This document shows, one piece after another, positions 13,393 through 27,336 of a stretch of DNA of 64,000 nucleotides. Below the pieces are notes generated by a model. The model saw only the letters and a program-made list of their open reading frames with translations. It was not told the origin of the DNA and did no database searches. Each line of letters starts with the position of its first letter. Position 1 is the first letter of the stretch. Source of the DNA: Octopus sinensis (Eukaryota); contig NW_021833267.1 in NCBI RefSeq assembly GCF_006345805.1, forward strand, positions 14,534-78,533, in the 5' to 3' direction. The position numbers and the translations under genes were made by a program.

Positions 13393-14661
13393 GAGGGGCG
13401 TTCAATAAGTAGTGCTTCTGACACACTTGCAGTTGTTTGATCTAGCTGAAATTTTGCATGTGCACTTATTTGTACCTCTATAGATTAGGTGGCGAATTAC
13501 AGCTCTGAACTAATTGTGGTTTCTGATTTACAGGTGTTTGAACTGAGTCAAGTGTGAAATGGAGCCTGTTGAGTGTCGAGCAGTGATCTGGTTTTTGTAT
13601 TTGAAAGGACGCACACCACGGGAGGCTTTTGATGAAATGAAAGTAACTTATGGTGATGATGCCCAATCATATGACCTTGTAAAACGCTGGCATTGTGAAT
13701 TCAAACATAGTCGGAACTCTGGGGAAACAGCTCCCAGATCTGGTCGCCCACTTCTGCCGTTGATGAGACGTCTGTCCGTCAAGTTGAGGCTGCCATTTTG
13801 GAAGGTCAACGCATAACTATTCGCCAAATAGCCCATGAGGTCAAGATTAGTACCGGGTCTGTGGAAACTATCATTCATGACCATTTGCATATGCAAAAGG
13901 TGTCTGCCAGATGGATTTCCAGGTTGCTCACACCTTTCCAGAAGCTAGAACGGGTTGAGTGCTCGAGGATGAATTTGGAGATGTGCCAAGAAGATGAGTC
14001 AAAATTTTTCAAAAGACTGATCACACAGGATAAAACCTGGGTCCATCACTATGATCCGTAGACAAAAGCCCAGTCAATGCAGTAGAAGCACCGTGACTCA
14101 CCCCCTCCAAAGAAGGCAAGGGTGCAGCCCTCCGCTGGCAAGGTCATGCTCACAGTCTTCTGGGACCAGGACGGAGTAGTGATGACAGATTTCCTGGCAA
14201 AGGGTACCACAATTACAGGAGCCTATTAAGCTTCACTTTTGAGGAAATTAAGAGAAGCTATCAAAATCAAGAGGCGGGGCAAGATCAGCAAAGGCATCCT
14301 CCTCCTGCAGGACAACGCTCCGGTCCACAACTCGCGTGTCGCCAGATCAGAAGCACAGGCGTGCAGCTATGAACTCCTCTCCTTGCACCCTCTGATTTTC
14401 ACCTCTTCCCAGCCATGAAGTTGATTTTGAAAGGAAAGCGTTTCCCAGATGATGCAGCCTTGATTTCTGAAGTCACGTCGTGGCTGGAGGACCAAGCTGG
14501 GGTCTTCTACAAAAACGGTCTCCAGAGCTGTATCAAACGATGGGAGAAATGCATAACTCTGAGTAGTTCCTATGTAGGAAAAGACTAATAACTGTGCCAA
14601 GTGTCGTTGCTCTACTGCTATGGGAAGTGGGTCAGGGGCATTAATTATTGAACGCCCCTCG
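13392..14661 (+). mobile_element. Mariner DNA transposon, copy 1 (1270 bp)
   Basis: Imperfect TIRs CGAGGGGCGTTCAATAA.../...TTATTGAACGCCCCTCG, TA duplication at 13390-91 and 14662-63, transposase remnant inside. Confidence 0.97.
13559..14588 (+). pseudogene. Mariner transposase pseudogene (frameshifts, stops, small deletion)
   Basis: Motifs VKRW, SGRP, KVSARWISRLL, ITQDKTWVHHYDP, GKVMLTVFWD, LLQDNAPVH, RWEKC. Confidence 0.95.
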
Positions 14662-14667
14662 TATATA

Positions 14668-14870
14668 TAAGTTCAGCAAACAATTTAGATTCAAATGAAT
14701 ATGGTACTTAATTTAGATGCACCAGAATTTTTCATGGTATTACCCATAAAATATGCGGGGTGATTATAATCAAAAATAGGCAACAAGAATGGATCCGGTA
14801 ATTTAGTACAATTGTTTCATACTATAACATTTTATTAAAGCTGTAAATATTACAGCAGATATAATATGTC
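14668..14870. mobile_element. Repeat family P copy, continuing the (TA)n tract into which the mariner inserted
   Basis: taagttcagcaaacaatttagattcaaatgaatatggtactta... aligns with 9721-9915. Confidence 0.8.
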
Positions 14871-15068
14871 AAGTAATCTTCAGCTAATTTCATATAGGTT
14901 TTCTAATAATATAAAGTTCTCAAATCAATTAGTACCATCCTAGTATAAAGCTGTAGATATGAATTTCAGGAACATGAAGTAGGATGCCAAACAGACCAAA
15001 ATTAAGTTCACAACTAAATATATATTATATATATATATATTATATATATATATATTATATATATATAT

Positions 15069-15505
15069 ATGAAAACCATATTTGATATCGATACCACCAT
15101 AGAAACCATCAAGCAAAAGTCATGTGCTAACAGTACCTGTATAGCAAGGTAAGAAAAGCGCGTTAGATTCTTCAAGGACAACAACATGTTCAAAAATAAC
15201 ACAAGAAATTTCTACAGGAATATACGGAAAATACCAGTTACATTAAAGTGTGTCCCATCAAAAGAAAAATTGCAGGAATTTTGGAATAAGGTTTTGGCAG
15301 AAGACAAAATACACAATGAAAAGGCCCTTTGGATTGCTACCTGTCATGACTTACAGTTTCAATATCATTAACTGGTCCATTACTGAAATATGTAACCTTG
15401 ACAGAAAAATACGAAAATTATTGACAATGCATAGACATAGAACGACTTTATCTGCCAAGGAAAGAAGGTGGCCGTGGCCTTTTTACAACTGGAATTAACA
15501 ATGAC
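15069..15505 (+). mobile_element. Internally deleted R4/Dong-like RLE LINE fragment
   Basis: Pre-RT segment NFYRNI..PSKEKLQEFWNKVLAEDKIHNEKALWI is joined to post-RT PVMTYSFNIINWSITEICNLDRKIRKLLTMHR, which closely matches the protein at 49310-49410. Confidence 0.85.
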
Positions 15506-15532
15506 ACCTTTCTCAAAAGCTCTGAGGGGAGT

Positions 15533-15800
15533 CCATTACATAAGCCCCAGTGCTCAGCAGGTACATATTTCATCAACCTTGCAAGGATGAGAATTGAAGT
15601 GTACCTCGGCGGATTTTGATCTCAGAAGTTGAAGGCGTGTTAATGATTCTAACAGCACGTCACCAGGTTTTGTTTCTTTTTATGAGAGGATGGGCAGGTC
15701 AATAACATTGACCTCAGTGTTCCACTGGAATATCATTTCATCGGTTCCGAATGGATAAAAACCAAAGTTAGCCCGGCCGAGGTTAACTTTGTTTTTGAAT
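15533..15800 (-). mobile_element. Two degenerate SINE A fragments
   Basis: ccccagtg..ggtac..tttcatc..acctcggcggattttgatctcagaa resembles the reverse complement of the SINE A body. Confidence 0.5.
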
Positions 15801-16658
15801 AAAAATTAAAGTGCCGTAACAAATAAATTTGAATAAAGAGCGGTAACAAATGGCGCTAAGCATTTTTCCCGGCATGCAAAATATTCAGCCAGTTTGCCGT
15901 ATTAATGATATGGGCATGTTTCAAATATATGCATTTTACACCAGAAGTCCCTCGCAGATTCATGCATATACATATCGAGTTAAAGCAGTGGAAAACTTAA
16001 ATGTCTTATATGATAAACTAATACGTAGAATTACTAGTTAATCGCAATTAAATTTCTTTAAATATCTGTGACTGCCTCTGTCTCTTCCTCCCCTCTCTCC
16101 TTCTCCAACATCCCTCCTTCCCCCCCCTCTCTCTATCTATTTATATATGTATATGTATGGACATATATAATATATATATGCTTCTTCAAAAATATTCGAA
16201 ACCAGGATATTGGTTAACATGAAAGCCAGAAGAATAATACTAGGTATTTGGAAATATATCTTAATAGATTAAATATAATTGATAAATTAAATGCTTCTGT
16301 TCCACCAGGGAAGGGTTGGACGTTTCTAACTGGCCAATCACCCAACTGGAAAATGACAAAAACTCCCTTAACTCCTTCTAAATGTTAAGATCATAGCCAA
16401 GCACATTCTGTCATTTTCGTCAGCAAAAAGCTATTCAAAAGCCGATATAGAGAAACATATAAGGTATATATATATATACATGGAAATTATATGGATTTGT
16501 AAGGTAAAATTATAGGCTGTTGTTTTTAATTTGGTTAGTATTAACAATTTATACCCAATTTCTATTGTCGTGGTTTTCTGTAACACTTTTATTTGATAAA
16601 CGTATATATAGAATTACTGGTTAATACGTTTAATCGCAATTAAAATCCTTTAAATATA

Positions 16659-16704
<46 letters not shown>

Positions 16705-17156
16705 GCTCCCTCTCTCCGCCTACATACTATATCCCACTCTCTATCTATTTATATATATGTGTATATGCTTATATATAATGTATATGCATCTTTAAAAATA
16801 TTTATTTACTAGCACAGTTATTCATACATACCTACACACATGACCATATAATCCTATATTTACGTATATATATATATGTGTTTGTATACACGTATACGTA
16901 CGTATTTAAAGAGAGACGGAGAGGAAGAGAGACGGAGGGAGATAGATTGTGGGATAGACATAAATAGATATGTATATATGCGTATATACACACCAACATG
17001 TATATACATGTATGCGTATACACGCTGATACTAACATAAATATATACGTTTAAATAGAAAGACATATATAAAATTTAATTGTAAAATTTTATTCAAATTT
17101 TACAATAACTTTAATATGCAAACATTATACACACACCTACACATACACACACACAA

Positions 17157-17193
<37 letters not shown>

Positions 17194-17666
17194 CACATAC
17201 ACAATCATATATATACATATATATATGTATATATATATATATATATATACATATATATGTGTATATATATATATATACATATATATATACATATACGCAG
17301 TCATATATAAACGTATTAATCAAGGCTATGCAAATAGGTACACAGTAGTAATTAGAAAAGCTAAGCAATAACTATAAATGCCACCCCCTCCTTAATTATA
17401 ATGTGACTTAATTAAATTTCGTTTTATTGTTACAATGAAATATTAATTCAAAGAGAGAAGATAGAAAATGTTTACATGGAGATGTTGTTCGTTAATTATA
17501 TACTTTCTCTTAATGAAATCCTTTTGAAAAGTAAAGATTTCATTATACCATTTATGCTCGTATATATACCTACATATATATATAAATATTCAGATACGTA
17601 CATACATATATATATGTATATATATTTATATATATGTATACATGTATATAAATTATAAAAACACCT

Positions 17667-18578
17667 AAGAACCAAATCATAACAGACATCTACCACAAAC
17701 CTACAGACTCACAACAATACCTCCTCTTTAGTTCATGCCACCCAAAACACACCAAGACAAATATCCCTTTCAATTTAGCTAAAAGGGTATGCACCATTGT
17801 CTCGGATCCAAAAACACGAGAAATACGCCTTCAAGACCTCAAAAAAACACTATTACAACGTCAATATCCCTCCACCCTTATAGAGTATGGAATAAAACGC
17901 GCCAAAGAACTAGACAACACTACACTGAAAACCACCCAACCTAACACCACACACAACCTCAAAATACTTCCATACATTTCCACCCAAAACCCAAAAATAT
18001 CGAAGCATACACCACAATCATACAAAACCTCAGTCTACTGTCAACAGACCCAAAAATGAAAAACATTATAAATACACACAAAATCCTCAAATGCAAAAGG
18101 CAACACAAATCTTTAGAAAAACTCTTGACAATGCCAAACTTCACACACCACATCCACCCCCAACAGTAAAAAAATGTGCACGCTCAAACTGTGGTACCTG
18201 CCCCTTTCTACTTGAAGGCTCTGAATTTACCTTCAAACAAGGTACGAAGTTTAAAATCAGACTAACTTCTCCTGTTCCTCCGAGAACCTTATCTACGTTC
18301 TCACATGCGCTGGTTGCCAACATAATTATGTTGGACAAACGAGTCTCCCGTTACGTAAACGAGTAACGGTGCATAAAGAACAAAAAAATCTCCCGGAATA
18401 CCGACAAATTCCACTGAGTGACCACTTAGACTCATGTGCTAAAGACTTAAACCCCAAATTCTATATATTCCCCTTCTACCAATGTAAAGACGGGATCACC
18501 ACACAGGAGAGAATTAACAAGGAGAATCTCTTTATTGAAAAATTCCAAACACAACTTAATATGCAAACTCCTCGTTGA
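17667..18578 (+). pseudogene. Penelope-like RT thumb and GIY-YIG endonuclease, frameshifted
   Basis: My translation: TDIYHKPTDSQQYLLFSSCHPKHTKTNIPFNLAKRVCTIVSD (thumb); KCARSNCGTC..NLIYVLTCAGCQHNYVGQTSLPLRKRVTVH..SDHL (GIY-YIG with C/H Zn ligands). Confidence 0.92.
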
Positions 18579-19210
18579 TCAAACTTCCTTTCTCTACCTC
18601 ACTCTTCATGAATGGACTAACACAAATATATAAAGATACCATGCATTCATCACTTCAAGCTAAAACTTATATTCTTTAAATATCATTTTTACTATTGTTG
18701 TTATTACTATCATTTTTATTATAAATGATATGACAATTTGAAATGCAATTGTCTATGCAGATTTATATTATTAGAAAATAATATAAATAAAGTGTTAAAA
18801 TCTGAAAGTTAAGTTAACAAGCAATTATATAAAAAAGATAATGCAAATGAAGCTAAAATGATAGTTTTATAATTTGGGTTTTATTGAAGAACTCAAAAGA
18901 GTTGTCTCCCCTTACCCACAACACAGGAACTGAAGAACCAGGACCACAATTACTACTACTTCCTGTCCTGCAACATGCTGAATTTAACAACACAACACAT
19001 CACATGCTCTTAATCCCTTTGGATCTTAACACCTCAAGGTAATTTTTTGGTAAACAACCATAAAACTCAAGATACACAACGAACTCACAATGTATCGGAG
19101 AACTTATTTTTTAATTTTTCTACATTTTTATCATTATTCTTTTACAAAAAACAATGCAATTTTCTTTTTTTCCCCTTTCTAATTTTTAAAATAACTTCTT
19201 AAAACATAAA

Positions 19211-19251
19211 TATTCTTGACAAGTCATACAATGACGAAAACCGGTTGAATA
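19211..19251 (+). ncRNA. Degenerate minimal type I hammerhead ribozyme in the Penelope-like 3' end
   Basis: TATTC TTGACAA GTCA TACAA TGAC GAAA ACCGGT T GAATA: helix I TATTC/GAATA, stem II GTCA/TGAC, palindromic helix III ACCGGT. Core has two substitutions versus CUGANGA and one extra A. Confidence 0.7.
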
Positions 19252-19388
19252 AATATATATTCATATATTTTATCATTTTCTCATTTTATTAAAATTTTCT
19301 TTCATTTGAGCATTCTGCATTTTTAAAAAAAAATTTCCTTACTTATCATTTCTCCACGTGCGGTCAACACAACCCCACCATTTATTGA

Positions 19389-19441
<53 letters not shown>

Positions 19442-19505
19442 GATATATATATTTACATATGTATGTACGTATCTGAATATTTAATATATGTATATATATA
19501 TCTAT

Positions 19506-19599
<94 letters not shown>

Positions 19600-20117
19600 C
19601 ATGCTTTGTTTGTTATCAGCTTGAAATCCGATGTGGAAAAACATCTTAGATATATGAAGAAAAATATACATATATACGTTCTTATATTCATGGATATGTG
19701 TGAGCGAGTTTGGATGTGTACGGGTGTGTATGTGTATATGTGTTTATCTATATCTCTCTATATATATGTACGTATGTGCATATACATGTGTGTGTTTGTG
19801 TGAGTGTATGCGTTTGTTTATGTGTGCTTGTGTCTCTTTATTTTTTTGTATCTATCCACCTTCCTATCTATACTTCTACCTACACGCATACACGCACAGA
19901 CGCCTGCGCGTATGAATCAGTAAGTAAAGTTAATTTTTTGTGCACTATTTTCTCTCTCTCTCTCTCTCTCTCTCACTCTCTCTCTATCTATCTATCTCTA
20001 TCTATCTCTCTATCTCTATCTATCTCTCTATCTAACTGTCTGTCTATCTATCTATGTTTCTGTCTGTCTGTCTGTCTATCTCTCAATCCATCTGTCTGTC
20101 TGTCTGTCTCTCTATCT

Positions 20118-20463
20118 ACTCTTTTACTCTCTTTTACTTGTTTCAGTCATTTGACTGCGGCCATGCTGGAGCACCGCCTTTACTCGAGATAATCAACCCC
20201 AGGACTTATTCTTTGTAAGCCCAGTACTTATTCTATCGGCCTCTTTTGCCGAACCGCTAAGTAAGGGGGACATAAACACACCAGCATCGGTTGTCAAGCA
20301 ATGCTAGGGGAACAAACACAGTATATATATACATATATACGACAGCTTCTTTCAGTTTCCGTCTACTAAATCCACTCATCTTGACCAAGATTCCACGCCG
20401 TGGGACTGAACCCGGAACCCTGTGGTTGTTTAGCAAGCTACTTACCACACAGCCACTCCTGCG
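20118..20463 (-). mobile_element. SINE family B with tRNA-like head
   Basis: Minus-strand head gcaggagtggctgtgtggtaagtagcttgct...ggttccgggttcagtccc (A/B-box-like); tail ...ctgaaacaagtaaaagagagtaaaagagta. Confidence 0.88.
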
Positions 20464-20501
20464 TCTATGTATCTAAATGTATTTGTATCTATATCTCTCT
20501 C

Positions 20502-20536
<35 letters not shown>

Positions 20537-23500
20537 TATATATTATATATATATATATATATGTGCGTGCGTGTATGCTTGTGTGTGTGCATGTGTGTGT
20601 GTATCGCACTTGCCCCTTTCTCGTTACTCACGTACGTTTAATCGACCTTATATTCCCCCACGTGCTCCAACCGTACATTATTTTCAATTCCCTTCCTAAA
20701 GCGTGTATTACTTCCTCCTTACATAAGAAGTCGCTGTTTCATAGATTTGTCTGCTTCTGACCAAATTATACAATATCGAATGATGATGGCCACTACTTCA
20801 CGATGGGCGAACACATGAGAAACAGTGTTTTGTATAAAAGTTGCCCAAGTGTTGAATAATTACTGAATAATCAAATTAACGTTGTAGTATCACGTGGGGC
20901 TTTGCTAATTGTACGCAAATAACGTTAGGACATATACAGAGTATTTTATACTTGGTATTCCTACTTGTTTAATTCTTATTGTAAGAGACTCACAGCGTCG
21001 AACACCGGTTGTGTCATTAAGCACTGTGAACATTAAAATATACAGCTTAGAGAATCTAAGTTTATATTATGTACGTTTATTTACGTCTCTCTGTCTCTTT
21101 CTCTCTTTCTCTCCCTCTCTCCTTTTCATTCTTCCCTCGCTCTTCTTTCCCTCATGCTTCACTCTCTCTCCCTCTACCTCCCGATTTCTCTTTTCGCGCA
21201 CATACAGCCCCAAAGTTATACATTCACGCATCCATACAATCTCATACACATACAAAGGCCAATATGAACAAATTCTAAGTGTTAATTTGAACGCAGCTTC
21301 CTTCCTGCGAAATATCAGAAATAGTAATTACGAATTAATTAATATATCTTCTATATAATTAAAACTAAAGAAGGCGGAAGGAGAAAAGTACCGAATCAAA
21401 ATGGAGACAACTAAAAGAGGACAATTTTTGATCAGTGAATTTTGTTGTAAATGAGTTAATTGACCAATAATCTAAAATATAAACACTTCAAAGAGTTTTG
21501 TTATTCTTGGATAATTCCAATAATATATCGGGATAAAGAAATTCCCAGCAGTCCCTTCGTCAATTTGTAACCGACATTTTAGAATATATTTACTTGTCTG
21601 CCAAAACATTAAGTGAAATCAGGAAGGATATTAGCCATCAAATTTCATAACCGCTTCAAGTTCTATTTGAGTGTTTATTCTCTGTAGCAACAAGAATTAT
21701 TTGAGAAAGACAGATATCAATCGCATTAAATATTCCAACTTCCGCATCAGTGAGTTGCTTCAGACACATCTATTGAAAGACAAAGACGTTTATTAAGAAA
21801 GTACAACAAATACATCTATATATCTTCTAATAGCAGTAAAAGATGTCCCATGTCCTTGTAAATGGCTTTCGCATCGATCTATGTAATCTTATCTAATGAA
21901 TAATTAAAAAAATATAGCGTTCGAACATTCTGTACATATAATTAGCAATCAGTTCAACATCTTTGTTAAACGAGGATGCTTTGACAGCAAGATTTCATAT
22001 ATTTCTGAAGTGCATGGTTTACAAGGCGGAGTAGAAAATTTATATTCTGACCATGCTAAAAAATGCCCTTGTTTTCAAACTTTACATTGTTATCTCGGAG
22101 TTTCTATATCAAATTGGTTAAACTCGTATCATTGTTTTTACCTGCTTCTGGATCTATGAAGATGGTGAATATAGCAGGTATAAACACTAATTCATGTACA
22201 TAATTCGTTTCTGTATTGGATATATTTTATATAATGATCGTCTGCTAATGCTCACAAAATACAATCATAAAACCTTGGAAATTTCCACGAAAAAATACAG
22301 TGATTTTGAAAGAGAGTTCTATCTTCAGATCGTGAATTAAATATGATATAACTTGATGTTACTTTTACAGCAAGCGACACATAATCGAATCATAATGTTC
22401 ATTGATTTCCACCACCATGATATGGTAACACTTCTCCATGTACTGGAAACGAATTTTAATACAACTTGAAAACGTATAAATGCTTTCTCTATATTTCAGA
22501 GAAATGAAACGTTTGTATTTTCTTTTGGTATAAGCGATCGCCCTATCAGCCATCTTACAATAAGGTGTTATAGAGGGAGAAGAGATTTGCTTTGCTTTGT
22601 AAATGCTATCTAAATAATGTGTTTTCATGGTTCCCGGCTTAAAAAATCTTTTATTAATATATTGATGCGCAAATATACATTAATAAAGTTACGTAGATTT
22701 ACAAGACGGTGACAGCAGGGTGTCTGTGGAACCGCAGCATTGGAATCTGATGAAATTAAGCAATGATTTCCAAAATTATTATAAATGAGAATTTTAGAAA
22801 ATTTTTATGGAAAATCTTATAATATTAATGAATTATGGGAAGGGTTACATTCAAGCAACATTATTGGAATTCTTATCGTCATCATTATATCTTTCGGCAG
22901 TGCATATTCTTTTATTATATCTCTTCGTATTCTAGTACCCGCGACTGAGATTTGTTCCAAAGTTACACACCAACGAACTCAGTCCGCTCAAATGCCTGGC
23001 AGGTCCTAAATTTTGTTTCTTCGCCAATAGCATCGATATAATTGAATAACATTCTCGTTATATTGCAGTGCGGGAGCTCACAAAATATATCCTATATTGC
23101 AGGGGATATTCAGCAGAATAGCAGTGGGAGACACGATTATACTGTATTGTGAAACAAAAGTAAATATGGAATAGTTTCAAAAGTTTTGCCTTTTTCCAGT
23201 GAACTGTGTCGAGATCACTTGAGGAAACTCTCATTTTCAATAGCCAAATGCTATCGAAGATAAGCAAATTTCAGAGCAGACATAAATCACGATGACAAAT
23301 TTCGGCAATGGAAAGCACGTCAGTGCATCTATTTGAAAAATGTTATACCATTCACCACAGTTAATTGTACAAATGTATCGGATATCGCATCATCTTTAAT
23401 GGCTTAAGAATGCAACATAAATATGTATACTCCTAGAACGACAAAATGGCCACGGCTGGAATATATTTAATAATAATTCTATGTTAAATTAGAGCCGATC

Positions 23501-24185
23501 TGAAAGTTTAAAATACAACCACTCATACAAAATGTCTCCTAACAAATTTGTTAATAAAATATTTGTTAATAAAATTCCACTCACGTCAACTTTATAAAAT
23601 TTCAAGTATAAATTTTATATACATATGTACGTTTACGTATGTAGCTGTGCATGCATGTATGAATGTACGTATGTACGTGTGTATGTGTGTGTGTGTGTGT
23701 GTGTAGGTGTTTGTAAATTTCAATTTGTTTTCAGACGGAATAAATTAAATTCTCACCAAAAACATATTTATTTTTCTGCAGAACACGAAAAACAGTATTT
23801 TTGTTTTGTATATGTGGCGTTTGTTTGTTATTAATGTTTTTTTTTTTTTACTGAAAATTTCTTCTCTTTTGAGAAAAGATTTATGGACAGCTCCGTCTTT
23901 GATAGGACTTTTGATCACTTGTCGAGCAAACGATATTTTTTACGTATTTTATATTGTGTGGTTTATATTTTGTACTTTTATATTATCGCATATTTAAAAA
24001 ATTCTTTATGCTAGTCATCTCAACTAACTAGGAATGTTATCACCAATTACTAACACACACACACACACGCACACATATACACATATATATATATACATAC
24101 ATATATACATTATATAGATATATCTGTATGTGTGTGCATAGGTATATATATATATATGCATATATGTATATTTATTTTACATATA

Positions 24186-24239
<54 letters not shown>

Positions 24240-24499
24240 ATATATACATATACACATATGATTTCTCCAACCATCGATAATGATATTAATGACGATAATA
24301 ATACATTATTATGATTATTATTATATTATTATTATTATTATTATTATATTATTATTATTATTATTATTATTATTGCTGTTGTTGATGTTGTTGTTTTTGA
24401 TATATATATATAGAAATACAAAAAACTAAACATAAAAAATAAACATACAGAAAAACAATATATATATATCAATAAGCACATTGCTCTCTATGAACACAG

Positions 24500-24585
<86 letters not shown>

Positions 24586-25268
24586 TATATGTATGTGTAT
24601 ATGTGTGGTTGTGTGTTTGTGTGTATGTATGTGCATATAAACACAGAAATATATTTCAATTGAGCGTCAAAATGTCTAATTTATTAAACATTATTACCTA
24701 AAATTTGATTTCTAGTACTTTAAAATTTGACAAAGTACATAACCATGGCAACAAAATGGAATTTGCCGCAAAAGACGCCCACATTTCCATCCATATACCC
24801 ACTCATACACAGCCCGTTTACACCCACATATACATGCCGCATGTAACCATACATTTATTTTTAAACTGCACAAAATTAATTGTCAAATACGAAAGCGAAA
24901 GAAAAATGAAAATATATATAAAAGAGAAACAAAAACAAAACATGAAATAAATGATAATAAATATGAAGAAATCTAAATATAACATAAACAGCTGATTTAT
25001 TTTGTGAGATATATCATATGAGTGGACGTACGATAGAAAGGTGTTAATAACTAAGTTCTGGCAAACGTATTATAGATGAGATGTGATCGTTATATTTTGT
25101 ATAAATCATGGAGAAAAATATTTGTTAGCTAGAAAAAACAATTTTTCAAGTTAAGAAAAAAATAGAAGGGATATACCGAAAGGAAAATGTAGAAAACATG
25201 GCGAAGGCATATGTAGACACACAGCCATGTTTTTATATCTATAACACTATATATATATATATACATTC

Positions 25269-25318
<50 letters not shown>

Positions 25319-25523
25319 GTGGTAACACCAAGACATATACATAGACACATGTGCACAAAATCACACTCACACATGGAATATATGTAAAGGTGCATATATA
25401 GATATGTGAATATTAATATTTTTATGTGTGTATGAGTAAAACATATGTGGGTGTTATTTGTTGCTATTTAGATAAACATTTGTCTAGTAAAACATAAACG
25501 CAAACGCAATACAATTATGTATG

Positions 25524-25555
<32 letters not shown>

Positions 25556-25759
25556 TACATATTATTGTGAGTAAGTAGCTGTGTGCTTCTATCCGGTTAT
25601 ATGTATATGAGTCTGTCTGAAAGAGCATATGTGCAATTGTAAACCTCATATATTATGTTGATATTTCAGAAAAATAATTTGCATCTATATGAGTTTGTAT
25701 TTATATATGCATATTCATATATATCATGTGCTTCTGTGTATTTGTGAGAATACATACAT

Positions 25760-25840
<81 letters not shown>

Positions 25841-25992
25841 TATATATATATATACATACATATATGTATAAGTATATATATGTATATGTATATATAATAT
25901 ATATATAATATGTACATATGTGTGTGTATAATATATATAAAATATATATATAGAATATATATAGAATATATATACAATATATATATATGTAT

Positions 25993-26030
<38 letters not shown>

Positions 26031-27063
26031 CAGACATATTCTAGCACAAAGACACAGTCATCTATATAAACGAACCTGCGTATACATACAACAACATACA
26101 CAATACACCCATAGACGGCGGCACAGTCAAACGTATGCTCATACACAGATGAGGATACACAAGGATAGACGCATTAATTGGCGGTAGATTACAGTTATTG
26201 ATTATATTTAAACTCAATTGATATTTATAACAGTGAATAGCCGAACGAAACAACAACAACCATAGCATCGGCAACATCACATCGACATCAACTTCGGTAA
26301 ATTTTTGAATAAGAAAAACTATCAAGCATTCCAAATAACAAAAAACAAAACAACAACAACTGCTCCTACAACCATATCAACACCAAACCACAAACACTTC
26401 CAGTAACAACAACAACAACAGCAACAATATCGACAACGATGGTGACGACCACGTCGATAACAAATACTGTGGGGAGAACAACAACTAAAACAAGAACAAT
26501 TTCAATAACGAACATTGGTTACAAATCATTGAAACGTGTTGAAATTAGACAAGGCTATTTACATGAAAAAATATTTGATTTATTTCCCCTTTATAGCTCA
26601 TCGTATCTTCTCTACCTCTTGTCCACCATTTTGATTCTTTCAGACAAGGTTGTATTTATTTTCTTTTAGATTTTTTTTTTTGGTTTTATTTCGTAGTAAT
26701 TTGGTCAATAAAACAATTTTAAAGTTTTTTTTTTACATTTACGTATACACACATACATGCGCCCGTGTATATATATATATATGTGTGTGTGTTTTGTGTG
26801 TATGTGTGTGTATTTGTGCCTCGGTGCGTTTGTATCTGTGTGTATGGGTATAGATATATTTATTTATATACATGTATGTCTGCGTGTGCCCGTGTCTATG
26901 CAAACACCGAGGCATAGATACACAAAAGAAAAATATGGCCCTATACACACCACACACACGCATACACGGAAACATATATATGTACATATACACATATGCA
27001 CATATAAATATATATGCATATATATACACATACATATATATGTATATAAATATATATATATAC

Positions 27064-27096
<33 letters not shown>

Positions 27097-27264
27097 ATAT
27101 ATATAATATATATAATATATATATATATAATATATATATATAATATATATATACATATACATCTGTGAATATACATAAGTATAAATAAAAATCTGTGCAT
27201 GCCCATATATATGCCTACTATATATGCCTACATATAGTTATATATGCATATATATATATATTTG

Positions 27265-27336
<72 letters not shown>

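Larger units (their letters stand above)
17661..19390 (+). mobile_element. 5'-truncated Penelope-like retroelement with 3' UTR/pLTR ending in (TA)n
   Basis: RT thumb plus GIY-YIG coding remnant, followed by hammerhead motifs and a (TA)n junction. Confidence 0.9.

Noticed and set aside
16027-16805. Degenerate direct repeat (~16027-16200 and ~16609-16805)
   Set aside because: The similarity is real but mostly low-complexity; an ordinary old local duplication with no further signal.
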